A stretch of 64,000 nucleotides of DNA from Acidobacteriota bacterium (GCA_003696075.1 RFHH01000021.1:7881-71880), one strand, 5' to 3'. Numbered from the stretch's first letter, positions 33,157-41,938 are shown. The notes: generated by a model from the sequence alone, not told the origin. Program-made: numbers and translations.

Positions 33157-33738
33157 GTGGACGCCACGGTCCTTTTCGTCGACGACGAGCCGCACGTCCT
33201 CGAGGGGCTCCGGCGGGCGATGCGGGGCGAGCCTTATCGGGTGCTCGTGGCCGGATCGGGGCGCCACGCACTCGAGATCCTGGGCCGCGAGGAGGTCGAT
33301 GTCCTCGTCACCGACGAGGAGATGGACGGGATGCGAGGCTCGGAGCTGGTCGCGAGGGTGAGACTGCGCCACCCGGACACCGTCCGGATCCTCCTGACGG
33401 GCCGGGCCAGCCTCCCGGGGGTTCTCCGGGCCGTCAACGAAGGGGAGATCTACCGCTTCCTGACCAAGCCCTGCAACGTGGAGGAACTGAAGGCGGCCCT
33501 CCGCCAGGCGGTGGTGCACCGGCGTCTCCTCGTCGAGGGGAGACGCCTGCTGGCCATGGTCCGCAGGCAGCGGGCCCTGCTCGAGCGGCTGGAGCGGGAG
33601 CACCCGGGGATCACCGCGCTGGAGACCGACCCGGACGGCGCCCTCGTGATCGATCTCGCGGAGATGCCGGCCGACGAGCTGGTCCGGGAGATGAGGCGCG
33701 AAAGCGAGCGCGCGACCGCCCAGCCCGCGACTCCCTGA
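33157..33738 (+). CDS. Response regulator: receiver domain plus a short C-terminal helical tail, with no recognisable output domain
   Basis: GTG at 33157 follows GGAGGT with a 6-nt spacer. Receiver residues: LFVDDE, LVTDEEMDGM, LLTG, FLTKP. Confidence 0.85.
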   Translation: MDATVLFVDDEPHVLEGLRRAMRGEPYRVLVAGSGRHALEILGREEVDVLVTDEEMDGMRGSELVARVRLRHPDTVRILLTGRASLPGVLRAVNEGEIYRFLTKPCNVEELKAALRQAVVHRRLLVEGRRLLAMVRRQRALLERLEREHPGITALETDPDGALVIDLAEMPADELVREMRRESERATAQPATP

Positions 33739-33749
33739 ACGGTCCCGGC

Positions 33750-34154
33750 TCAGGCCCGGGGAAAGCTCCCCGCCTCTTCCGGCGGCTCCCCCGTCTCGAG
33801 CCACGCCACCAGCCTCTGGTAGCGTTCGATCTCCTCGTCGTCCGCCGGGAAGAACAGCCCTCCGCACACGCCGTCGTCCCGTGCGCTGGTCCGGAGGTTC
33901 ATCACGAGCAATTCCCCCTCGATCGTGAGATCCCCGACGACCAAGGTCACCTCCGGCAGGCAGTCGCCCGGCTCGAGAAGGGGCAGGGGCCTCGAGAAGG
34001 TGAAGGAAATCCCGGAAGCGCTGATGTCGCGCAGGGGCAGGTCCACGGGCCGCGGGCCCAGGAACGGGTAGAGAAAGCGCACGCGGCCCGAAACGCCGGG
34101 GGGAAGGCGGAAGCGGCGGTGCTTCCGGCGGCACGCGATCACGGGTGGGAGCAT
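33750..34154 (-). CDS. PilZ domain protein (putative c-di-GMP receptor)
   Basis: RRKHRR (RxxxR) and DISASG (D/NxSxxG) motifs. The start is placed at ATG 34152-34154 (MLPPVIAC). Confidence 0.78.
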   Translation of the reverse strand: MLPPVIACRRKHRRFRLPPGVSGRVRFLYPFLGPRPVDLPLRDISASGISFTFSRPLPLLEPGDCLPEVTLVVGDLTIEGELLVMNLRTSARDDGVCGGLFFPADDEEIERYQRLVAWLETGEPPEEAGSFPRA

Positions 34155-34252
34155 CGGAGTCGCTTCTCCTGTCGGCTTTTCCGGGCGATCCGCCCCCATG
34201 CCGGAATCTAGGCGTCCGGCCTCGCCCGGGCCAGAGGCATCGGAGGGTGGCG

Positions 34253-35407
34253 ATGGGTTATCGTCGCCGCGTGCGCGGTACGACCTCCGAACGGGCCGAG
34301 CTTCCGGCGGCAGCCGGAGCGCTAAGGCGGTCCCTTCTGAACTGGTTCGAACGAAACCGGAGAGATCTGCCGTGGCGCAACCGCCGGGATCCGTTCGCGG
34401 TCTGGGTCTCCGAAATCATGCTCCAGCAGACGACCGCCGCCACGGCGGCCCGCTACTACGGTCCCTTCCTCGAGCGGTTCCCCGACGTCGCTGCCCTGGC
34501 CGCGGCCCCCGAGGACGAGGTGCTCGCGGCGTGGTCGGGTCTCGGTTACTACCGGCGGGCGCGCCGCCTGCGTCTCGCCGCCCGCCGCATCGTGGCGTCG
34601 GGGGGCCGGTTCCCGTCGACTTCTCGCGAGTGGCTCCGGCTGCCCGGTGTCGGGCGCTACGCCGCCTCGGCCATCGCGTCGATCGCCTTCGGCGAGCCGG
34701 TCGCGGCGGTGGACGGCAACGTGCGGCGAGTGCTCGCGCGGCTCCTGGCCCTGGAAGGCGACCCCGCGCGAGGCAGCGGCGCGCGCCGAATCGAAGACGC
34801 CGCCTCTCGGCTCGTGGCCGGTGCCCGGCCCGGCGACGTCAACGAGGCTCTCATGGATCTGGGGGCGACGACCTGCAGGCCCCGCCGGCCGGACTGCGCG
34901 CGCTGCCCCTGGCGCAGGTGGTGCCGCGCGCTGGCGGACGGCTCCCCAGAGAGGTTTCCCCCGCCACGGACCCGCCCGGACGAGATCCGCGTCGCGCGCG
35001 CCGCCGCCCTGCTCCGCGGGCGCGGTTGCGTCCTGCTGCGCCGGGGGCCGCGGGGAAGCCTGAACGAGGGGATGTGGGATCTCCCCGGGGCCGAGCTGTG
35101 GCGGTCCGGGCCCGGCGCTTCGCGGGGAGGCGAGCCCGAGTCGTGGTCTCCCCGGATGGCGAGGCGCTTTCGGCTCGCGCTGCGCCGGGAAACCGGGCTC
35201 GCGATCCGCCCGGGCCGGCTCCTCGGAACCTTCCGCCACGTCATCACGCGCCACCGGATCCGCTTGTTCGTCGTCGAGGCCCGCCTGGAAGCGGAGCCCG
35301 CCGGCGACGGGTGGGCGTGGTTCTCTCCTCCCCGCCTGGCCGGGGCTGCTCTCACCAGCGCCGCTCGCCGGGCCCTCCGGGCAACCGGAGTCCTGACAGA
35401 GCGTTGA
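34253..35407 (+). CDS. mutY: A/G-specific adenine DNA glycosylase MutY
   Basis: ATG at 34253 follows GGAGGG. Motifs seen: DLPWR, VWVSEIMLQQT, GLGYYRRAR, an Fe-S cluster Cys motif (CRPRRPDCARCPWRRWC) and a NUDIX-like C-terminus. Confidence 0.9.
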   Translation: MGYRRRVRGTTSERAELPAAAGALRRSLLNWFERNRRDLPWRNRRDPFAVWVSEIMLQQTTAATAARYYGPFLERFPDVAALAAAPEDEVLAAWSGLGYYRRARRLRLAARRIVASGGRFPSTSREWLRLPGVGRYAASAIASIAFGEPVAAVDGNVRRVLARLLALEGDPARGSGARRIEDAASRLVAGARPGDVNEALMDLGATTCRPRRPDCARCPWRRWCRALADGSPERFPPPRTRPDEIRVARAAALLRGRGCVLLRRGPRGSLNEGMWDLPGAELWRSGPGASRGGEPESWSPRMARRFRLALRRETGLAIRPGRLLGTFRHVITRHRIRLFVVEARLEAEPAGDGWAWFSPPRLAGAALTSAARRALRATGVLTER

Positions 35408-35471
35408 GATCCGGGGGCGGCCGGCGCGAAGAGGGGCTGGCCGTGGCCGCGACCGGGGGTTGCGAAGGGGT

Positions 35472-35490
35472 GGCGCGGCTCTGCCGCGCC
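35472..35490. terminator. GC-rich hairpin (GGCGCGGC-tct-GCCGCGCC) in the convergent mutY/parB gap; possible bidirectional terminator
   Basis: A perfect 8-bp stem with a 3-nt loop, extendable to about 10 bp. There is no U-tract on either strand, so function is speculative. Confidence 0.25.
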
Positions 35491-35578
35491 GCGTCAAACA
35501 GCGCAGCGCCCAGCGGACGGCCGATGTCGGCGGTCCGACAACCGGCGTTGCCGCGTCGCGGCAGCCCGCGGCCGGGCC

Positions 35579-36472
35579 TCAGGAGCTCGCGCCGCTGGCA
35601 CGCAGGAGCAGGGAATAGAGGCGCTGGAGGTCGTCGTCGTTCGCGAAACGGATCTCGATCCTCCCGCGGCCCGCTCGGGTCTGATGGATGGTGACGCGCG
35701 ACTGGAGGGCGCGGGCCAGCGTCCGCTCCGCCGCAGCGACGTTGGGGTCGCGCCGAGAGGCGGCGTCCCGCCGCCTCAGGCCGGCGAGCGGGTCGGACGC
35801 GCGCCTCACCTGCTCTTCGAGCTCGCGCACCGACCACCCGCGGGCGACCGCCTTTCGAGCCAGAGCCACTTGCGCCACCGGGTCGCGGAGTCCCGCCAGG
35901 GCCCTGCCGTGCCCCATTTCCAGGCGCCCCTTCTCGAGAAGCTCCCGAACCTCCTCGGGCAGCTCCAGGAGCCTGAGGTAGTTGGCCACCGTGCTCCGGG
36001 GCTTGCCGAGCCTCTCGGCCACCTCCGTTTGCGACAGGCCCAGCCGGCGGACGAGTTCCCGGAAGGCGAGCGCCGTTTCGATCGGTCCGAGGTCGTCGCG
36101 CTGGAGGTTCTCGATGAGGGCGATCTCGAGGAACTTCTCGTCGGGAAGGTCCCGCACGATGACGGGGACCCGCGCCAGACCCGCCTTTCTCGCGGCGCGC
36201 AGCCGGCGCTCGCCCGCGATCAGCGTGTAGCGGCCGTCGGGGTCCTTCCGGACGAGGAGCGGCTGGAGGACCCCCGCGTTGCGGATCGACTCCGCGAGCG
36301 CGTCGATCTCCGCCTCGTCGAACTCGCGGCGGGGCTGCTGCGGGTTCGGACGGATCCGAGCGATCTCGACGTCTTGCGGGGCGCCGCCGAGGTCGACGCC
36401 GCCCGGGGGCACGTCAGGAATCAGGCTGCCCAGCCCCTTCCCGAGCGCCCTTCTCTTCGGCTCTCCCTTCAC
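35579..36472 (-). CDS. parB: Chromosome partitioning protein ParB (Spo0J)
   Basis: GTG start. Motifs seen: RRALGKGLGSLIP, IRPNPQQPRREF, LIAGERRLRAA, and an HTH region LSQTEVAERLGKPRSTVANYLRLL. Confidence 0.95.
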   Translation of the reverse strand: MKGEPKRRALGKGLGSLIPDVPPGGVDLGGAPQDVEIARIRPNPQQPRREFDEAEIDALAESIRNAGVLQPLLVRKDPDGRYTLIAGERRLRAARKAGLARVPVIVRDLPDEKFLEIALIENLQRDDLGPIETALAFRELVRRLGLSQTEVAERLGKPRSTVANYLRLLELPEEVRELLEKGRLEMGHGRALAGLRDPVAQVALARKAVARGWSVRELEEQVRRASDPLAGLRRRDAASRRDPNVAAAERTLARALQSRVTIHQTRAGRGRIEIRFANDDDLQRLYSLLLRASGASS

Positions 36473-37226
36473 GGTCCAGGATCTCCTTCGCCAGCTCGAG
36501 GTAGGCGGCCGCCCCCTTCGAGCGGGAGTCGTAGAGGAAGATCGGCTTGCCGAACGAGGGGGCTTCGCCCAGCCGGATGTTGCGCGGGATGACCGTCTCG
36601 TAGACGGCCCCCCGGAAGAACTGCATCACTTCCTGCGCGACCTGACGCGAGAGGTTGGTGCGCTCGTCGTACATCGTGAGAAGAACGCCCTCGACCTCCA
36701 GGCGAGGGTTGAGCGACCGTTTCACCCGCCTCAGCGTCTCGATGAGCTGGGTGACCCCCTCCAGGGCGAGGTACTCGCACTGGATCGGGATCAAGACCGA
36801 GTCCGCCGCGGTCAGGGCGTTGACCGTCAGGAAGCTCAGGCTCGGGGGGCAGTCCATCAGCACGAACTCGTAGGCGTCTCTCACCGACCGCAAGAGATCC
36901 GCCAGGCGGAACTCGCGCCTCGGCAGGCCAGCGAGCTCCACCTCCGCCCCCGTGAGTTCGTTTTCCGAGGGGCAGAGGAAGAGGTTCTCCATGTCGGTCG
37001 GGAGCAGGATCTTCTCGAGGGAGACGCCTTCGATGAGGGAGTCGTAGATGGTGGCGCGGGCGGGATCGCGTTCGAATCCGAGCGCCCTCGTCGTGTTCGC
37101 CTGCGGGTCGAGGTCGATCAGCAAGGTGCGCCGGCCCGCCATCGCGAGCCCGGCCCCCAGGTTGACGGCGGTGGTGGTCTTCCCCACGCCCCCCTTTTGA
37201 TTGGCCACGGCGATGGCGCGCCCCAT
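36414..37226 (-). CDS. parA: Chromosome partitioning ATPase ParA (Soj)
   Basis: ATG at 37224-37226 (MGRAIAVANQKGGVGKTTTAVNLG, a deviant Walker A). The 3-prime end overlaps parB by 59 nt. Confidence 0.93.
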   Translation of the reverse strand: MGRAIAVANQKGGVGKTTTAVNLGAGLAMAGRRTLLIDLDPQANTTRALGFERDPARATIYDSLIEGVSLEKILLPTDMENLFLCPSENELTGAEVELAGLPRREFRLADLLRSVRDAYEFVLMDCPPSLSFLTVNALTAADSVLIPIQCEYLALEGVTQLIETLRRVKRSLNPRLEVEGVLLTMYDERTNLSRQVAQEVMQFFRGAVYETVIPRNIRLGEAPSFGKPIFLYDSRSKGAAAYLELAKEILDREGRAEEKGAREGAGQPDS

Positions 37227-37320
37227 GGTTCCCGGCCGTCCGTCCTCTCGAAGCGGCGAGGATAGCACACCGGTCGCGCGGGCCGGGACCTCCGCCGGCC
37301 CCAACTCGCTCCCGTCTCGG

Positions 37321-37336
37321 TGTTCCACGTGGAACG
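37321..37336. promoter_or_regulatory. parS: parS centromere-like site 1 (TGTTCCACGTGGAACG, 15/16 of the palindrome)
   Basis: Matches the canonical parS consensus TGTTNCACGTGAAACA; the half site is TGTTCCAC. Its position is confirmed by the track ORF that starts GTG-TTC-CAC-GTG-GAA at 37320. Confidence 0.8.
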
Positions 37337-37495
37337 TCGCCAGAGAGGACCCGGGCGGGGCGCCGGCCGAGCGGCTCGGCCCTTCCCTCCGGCCGGCCCC
37401 ATCCTCTCGCGCGGGAAGGATCGCGAGGCGATGCCGGGACGGCCGCGCATCTCGAACGGCGCACGTGGCCGCGCGCCGGCCTGCGATCGCGCAAC

Positions 37496-37511
37496 TGTTC
37501 CACGTGGAACA
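37496..37511. promoter_or_regulatory. parS: parS site 2 (perfect palindrome TGTTCCACGTGGAACA)
   Basis: Perfect 16-bp palindrome built from two canonical parS half sites. Confidence 0.85.
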
Positions 37512-37740
37512 CCTCGCCGCACCGCACCTCCCACGGGGACGAGGAAGGACGGGCCCGGCGCGGGCTCTTCCCCGGCAACCGTTCGGAGGTGCACCCTCGA
37601 TGGTGCGCTACGTCGGCCAACTCGATGAAAGGCGGGCACCTTGCGCCGATTTCGCGCGAAGCGGGCGGTTCGGCACGGCAACCGCGAAGGGCTCATCGAG
37701 TTGCGACGAAAAACGCACCATTGGGGAAGCACCTCGCAAC

Positions 37741-37756
37741 CGCTCCACGTGGAACA
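37741..37756. promoter_or_regulatory. parS: parS-like site 3 (CGCTCCACGTGGAACA, degenerate left arm)
   Basis: 14/16 match to the local palindrome. It shares the CGCAAC left flank with site 2. Confidence 0.6.
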
Positions 37757-37826
37757 TCCCGGGTCCGCCCTTGGGGCGGCCCGAGGCCGGCTCCGACTCG
37801 GATGGCGGGAGCCGCCGGCCTGGAGG

Positions 37827-37842
37827 TGTTCCACGTGGAACA
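37827..37842. promoter_or_regulatory. parS: parS site 4 (perfect palindrome TGTTCCACGTGGAACA)
   Basis: Perfect 16-bp palindrome. Confidence 0.85.
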
Positions 37843-37914
37843 TCTCTCGTCCGGCACGCGCCGCGACGCCGAAGAGGATCCCGCACGAACCGCGGGACGC
37901 CGCCGCGCCGGCGG

Positions 37915-37930
37915 TGTTCCACGTGGAACA
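37915..37930. promoter_or_regulatory. parS: parS site 5 (perfect palindrome TGTTCCACGTGGAACA)
   Basis: Perfect 16-bp palindrome. The position is consistent with track ORF 37641..37934, which ends in ...VFHVEH. Confidence 0.85.
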
Positions 37931-38014
37931 CTGAACACTCCCCCGCGCCCCGCGGCTGCCGCGCGGGTGTCGGGAGGGTCCGATCCGGCGCGCCGGAGCT
38001 GGCCGGCCCGCCGG

Positions 38015-38030
38015 TGTTCCACGTGGAACA
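38015..38030. promoter_or_regulatory. parS: parS site 6 (perfect palindrome TGTTCCACGTGGAACA)
   Basis: Perfect 16-bp palindrome. The position is consistent with the minus-strand track ORF that starts at 38031. Confidence 0.85.
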
Positions 38031-38128
38031 CCCGGACCCGCGTCCGGCGGGTGAGGATCGCCGGCGCGTCGGCTTGACCGGAGGCAAGGCGTGGTTTTGA
38101 CTCTCACCTTCCGGAAGAGGAGGAGCGG

Positions 38129-39958
38129 GTGACGAGGAACCTTCCCCCGGTCGTCGTGATCGGCGGCGGCCATGCCGGTGTCGAGGCAGCGGATGCGGCC
38201 GCGCGGCTCGGGGCCGACGTGGTCCTCGTGACGCTCCGGCCGGAGGCGCTCGTCCGCCTTTCCTGCAATCCCGCCATCGGCGGGATCGGGAAGGGGCACC
38301 TGGTGCGCGAGATCGACGCGCTGGGCGGCCTGATGGGGAGGGCGGCCGACGCCGCGGGGATCCACTTTCGGGTCCTGAACCGGAGCCGCGGCCCGGCCGT
38401 GAGGGGGCCTCGGGCCCAGCAGGACTTCGAGACTTACCCCGCGGTGGTGCGGAGGCTTCTGGGCCGCCACGGGCGGGTCGAGCTCCTCGCGGGGGAGGTG
38501 GTGGGCCTCCGGTTCGACGGCGATCGCGTGAGCGCGGTCGAAACCGCGGCCGGAGAGGTCATCGAGGCGGCCTCGGTCGTGGTGACGACCGGGACCTTCC
38601 TGGGCGGAAAGCTCTTCCGAGGCGAAGAGGAGGAGCCCGGGGGACGCGCCGGCGAGCCGCCGTCCGTTGCCCTCTCCGAAGCCTTGAGGATGGCGGGTCT
38701 CCGCCTCGGGAGGTTCAAGACGGGTACGCCGCCCCGCCTCCTCGCCCGCTCGGTCGATCTGCAGCGATTCGAGGTTCAGCCCGGCGACGAGCCTCCCGAG
38801 CCGTTCTCGTTCGCGAACCTCGCGCTCCCGCGGTTCCGGCCCCCGATGCCGCAGGTGCCGACGCACCTCGCGCAGACGAACCCCCGGGTCCATGCGGTGG
38901 TGAGGGCGAACCTCGACCGTTCGCCGCTGTACACCGGGCGGATCCGGGCCAAGGGTCCCCGCTACTGCCCCTCCTTCGAGGACAAGGTCGTCCGTTTCCC
39001 GGACCGCGACCGCCACCTCCTGCACCTCGAGCCGATGGGAATCGAACATCCCTGGATATATGTGAACGGACTTTCGACAAGTCTTCCCCCCGAAGCGCAG
39101 GAGGAGATCGTCCACGCCATCGAGGGCCTGGAGGATGCCGTCATCGCCCGCTACGGCTACGCGGTGGAGTACGACTACGCGCCGCCCACCCAGTTGCACC
39201 CCACCTTGGAGGCGAAGACTCGGAGGGGCCTCTTCCTCGCCGGGCAGATCTGCGGCACGACGGGATACGAGGAGGCGGCCGGTCTGGGGTTGGTCGCGGG
39301 CGTGAACGCGGCACTGAGGGCCATGGGGCGAGACCCCTGGGTCCCGGACCGCTTCGACAGCTACCTCGGCGTCATGGTCGACGATCTGACGACCCGGGGC
39401 GTTCTCGAACCGTACAGGATGTTCACCTCGCGCGCCGAGATGCGGCTGTCGCTCTCGCCGGACACCGCGGATCGGCGGTTGCGCCCCGTCGCCGAGCACC
39501 TGGGGCTCGTCAGCCGTGCCGACCTCGAGCGGACGGAGCGCAGATGGGAGGCGATCCAGGCGGCGCGCGCCGCGCTGGAGCGGCGGGGACCTCGGGGCTC
39601 GGCGGCCCAGCGCCTTCGCCGGGGCGAACCGCCCGAGGAGGTCCTCTCCGAGGTGGAGGCCGCCCGCCGCCTGCCGCCCGCGGACCGCGCCACCCTCGCC
39701 GCCTCGGTCCGTTACGAGGGCTACCTCGAGCGGGAACGGAAGGAGGTGGCGCGCCTGCGCCAGGCGGAGTCGATCCGCCTTCCCCGGGACTTCGACTTCT
39801 CCCGCATTCCGGGGCTGTCTCACGAGGTGCGCGAAAGGCTGGCGGAAGTCCGGCCCGCCTCCCTGGGGCAAGCCGCCCGCATCCCCGGGGTGACGCCGGC
39901 GGCCCTAGCCCTGCTCGCCGCCGCGGTGGGCACCCGGCGGCACGCTGCACCGGCGTGA
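38129..39958 (+). CDS. mnmG: tRNA uridine-5-carboxymethylaminomethyl(34) synthesis enzyme MnmG (GidA)
   Basis: Motifs seen: VVVIGGGHAGVEAA, SCNPAIGGIGKGHLVREIDALGG, GPRYCPSFEDKV. Confidence 0.96.
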   Translation: MTRNLPPVVVIGGGHAGVEAADAAARLGADVVLVTLRPEALVRLSCNPAIGGIGKGHLVREIDALGGLMGRAADAAGIHFRVLNRSRGPAVRGPRAQQDFETYPAVVRRLLGRHGRVELLAGEVVGLRFDGDRVSAVETAAGEVIEAASVVVTTGTFLGGKLFRGEEEEPGGRAGEPPSVALSEALRMAGLRLGRFKTGTPPRLLARSVDLQRFEVQPGDEPPEPFSFANLALPRFRPPMPQVPTHLAQTNPRVHAVVRANLDRSPLYTGRIRAKGPRYCPSFEDKVVRFPDRDRHLLHLEPMGIEHPWIYVNGLSTSLPPEAQEEIVHAIEGLEDAVIARYGYAVEYDYAPPTQLHPTLEAKTRRGLFLAGQICGTTGYEEAAGLGLVAGVNAALRAMGRDPWVPDRFDSYLGVMVDDLTTRGVLEPYRMFTSRAEMRLSLSPDTADRRLRPVAEHLGLVSRADLERTERRWEAIQAARAALERRGPRGSAAQRLRRGEPPEEVLSEVEAARRLPPADRATLAASVRYEGYLERERKEVARLRQAESIRLPRDFDFSRIPGLSHEVRERLAEVRPASLGQAARIPGVTPAALALLAAAVGTRRHAAPA

Positions 39959-40593
39959 TCGCGCCGGATCGGGAAGCGCTCGGAGCGGCGCGGCGCCTGC
40001 TGAGGCGGCGCCCCGAACTTCCGGAGGAGGTCCGCGAGCGGCTCGCGCTCCACTTCGGGCTGCTGTACGCGTGGAACGCGCGAATCAACCTCACCGCGCT
40101 CCGCGACCCGCACGTCGGGGCGGTGCGGCTCCTCGAGGAGTCGCTCGAGGCCTTGCCCTGCTTTCCGGAGCCCGCGGGGACCCTGGCCGATCTCGGCTCG
40201 GGAAACGGCTACCCCGGACTCGCTCTGCTTTGCGCTTTGCCCGGGTGGTCCGGGTATCTCGTGGAATCGGTCGAGCGGAAGGCGGCCTTCCTCAGCGCCG
40301 CCGTCCGAGAGGTCGGGCTCGGCGACCGGGTGCGCGTCCTCCACCAGCGGATCGCTTCTCCCCGGGACGTGCCGGATCGGGCCGGCACGGTCACGATGCG
40401 CGGTTTCCCCCGGCCGGTCGACTGGATCGCCCGCCTGGCGGCCGGCGAGCCTCCGCGCCGAGTCGTGGCGTGGCTCGGAAAGGCCGACGCGGTGGCCGCT
40501 GCCCGTCGCGTCGGGGGTTCCCGCCGCTCCCGCGTGATCCCTCTCGGTGAGGGACGCGGGGTTCTTCTCTGCGTGGAGCGGCTACGGGGCTGA
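39955..40593 (+). CDS. rsmG: 16S rRNA (guanine527-N7)-methyltransferase RsmG (GidB)
   Basis: The GTG start overlaps the mnmG stop (GTGA). Motifs seen: WNARINLTALRD, LADLGSGNGYPGL. Confidence 0.88.
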   Translation: MIAPDREALGAARRLLRRRPELPEEVRERLALHFGLLYAWNARINLTALRDPHVGAVRLLEESLEALPCFPEPAGTLADLGSGNGYPGLALLCALPGWSGYLVESVERKAAFLSAAVREVGLGDRVRVLHQRIASPRDVPDRAGTVTMRGFPRPVDWIARLAAGEPPRRVVAWLGKADAVAAARRVGGSRRSRVIPLGEGRGVLLCVERLRG

Positions 40594-40603
40594 GGGGAGC
40601 CGG

Positions 40604-41938
40604 TCACTTTCCGATGCAAAAGCGCGAGAAGATGCGCTCCAGAATCTCCTCCGGACCGACCTGTCCGAGGATCTCCCGCAAGTGCCCCACCGCTTGGCGC
40701 AGCTCGAGCGCCGCCAGCTCGGGTTCCCCTCCCGATCCCAGCAGGGTTCCCGCGCGCTCGAGGGCCGCCCGCGCCCTGTCGGCGGCGTGGCGGTGCCGCT
40801 CGTTCGCCAGGGCGACGCTCTCCAGCGGCGCCTCCCCGGGCGCCTCGAGCCGCCGGGCGATCTCGGCCCGGAGCCGGTCGATACCGGCCCCGGTGACGTT
40901 GCTCACGACGAGAGATCCGGGGACGGGAGGCGCGGCCGGCGGCCGGTCGCCGTGAGTCGCGACGAGCAGCTCGCGGGGGCCGGCCGGCGCGGGACGCTCA
41001 CGCGTGGTGAGAGCGTAGACGCGAAGGACGAGGTCGGCCTCGCGTGCGGCCTGCCAGGCCCGTTCCTGCCCCGCCGCGTCGGCCTTCGACACCGCCGCGC
41101 CGACTCCCGCTGCGTCGACGAGCCGCACGGGCAGGCCCTCGATCACGACGACCTCCTCCACGAGGTCGCGGGTCGTCCCCGGCTCGTCGGTGACGATCGC
41201 CCGGTCCGAGCCGACGAGGTTGTTGAACAGCGAAGACTTCCCGGCGTTCGCCGGCCCGTGGAGCACCACCAGCGCTCCCTCCCGCACCCGCCGCGCGATG
41301 GCGCTGCGCTCGAGGAGCGCTTCGAGGCGGCCCGCGAGCTCCCGCGATTTGGCCCCCAGCCGTTCCGGGTCGGGCCGCAGCCGCTCCTCCTCGTCCGGGA
41401 AGTCGAGCCCCGCCTCCAGTTCCGCGAGGAGCGAAGCCACCTCCTCCGCGAGAGGCTGCAGCGCGCGCGCCACCTCTCCGCGGAGCTGGCGCGCGGCGAG
41501 ATGCGCCTGTTCGACGGTGGCCGCCTCCACGAGGTCGGCGATCGCTTCCGCCTGGGTGAGATCGAGCTTGCCGTTCCGGACGGCCCGCACCGTGAACTCG
41601 CCGGGATCGGCCGGGCGAGCACCCGCCCGGCGGCATGCGGCGAGGAGTTCCCGCACCACCGCCGGCGAGCCGTGGCAGGTGATCTCCACCATCTCCTCGC
41701 CGGTGTAGCTCCTGGGCGCGGGAAACCAGACCGCGACGGCGGTGTCGAGCTCGCGGCCCGATCGATCGGACAGAACCGTCAAGTGCGCGTAGCGCGGGCG
41801 GGGCCGGGCGGGGAGGGACGGTGCGACGCGCCGTGCGACTTCCAGCGCCCGGGACCCGCTCAGGCGAACGACCGCGAGGGCCCCGCGCCCCGGCGGCGTC
41901 GCGGGTGCGACGATCGTGTCCCCTTCCTTCTGCGCCAT
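40604..41938 (-). CDS. mnmE: tRNA modification GTPase MnmE (TrmE)
   Basis: ATG at 41936-41938 (MAQKEGDTIVAPATPPGRGALAVVRLSG), G1 motif GPANAGKSSLFN, and the C-terminal FCIGK. Confidence 0.95.
   Translation of the reverse strand: MAQKEGDTIVAPATPPGRGALAVVRLSGSRALEVARRVAPSLPARPRPRYAHLTVLSDRSGRELDTAVAVWFPAPRSYTGEEMVEITCHGSPAVVRELLAACRRAGARPADPGEFTVRAVRNGKLDLTQAEAIADLVEAATVEQAHLAARQLRGEVARALQPLAEEVASLLAELEAGLDFPDEEERLRPDPERLGAKSRELAGRLEALLERSAIARRVREGALVVLHGPANAGKSSLFNNLVGSDRAIVTDEPGTTRDLVEEVVVIEGLPVRLVDAAGVGAAVSKADAAGQERAWQAAREADLVLRVYALTTRERPAPAGPRELLVATHGDRPPAAPPVPGSLVVSNVTGAGIDRLRAEIARRLEAPGEAPLESVALANERHRHAADRARAALERAGTLLGSGGEPELAALELRQAVGHLREILGQVGPEEILERIFSRFCIGK

Noticed and set aside
37070-37079. 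tRNA T-arm-like GTTCGAATCC
   Set aside because: It lies inside the parA coding frame (GFERDPA). No acceptor or anticodon stems can be built around it.
37321-38030. Possibility that the regularly recurring palindromes are a CRISPR array or a REP/MITE family
   Set aside because: The repeats are only 16 bp, the spacing is irregular (86-245 bp), and no cas genes or terminal inverted repeats are present. The sequence equals the parS consensus and sits next to parAB.
37201-38100. Cluster of small ORFs on both strands beginning or ending with FHVEH or MFHVE
   Set aside because: The peptide is just GTG-TTC-CAC-GTG-GAA-CAC, which is the parS palindrome read in frame. The remaining sequence is Arg/Pro-rich with no conservation signal.
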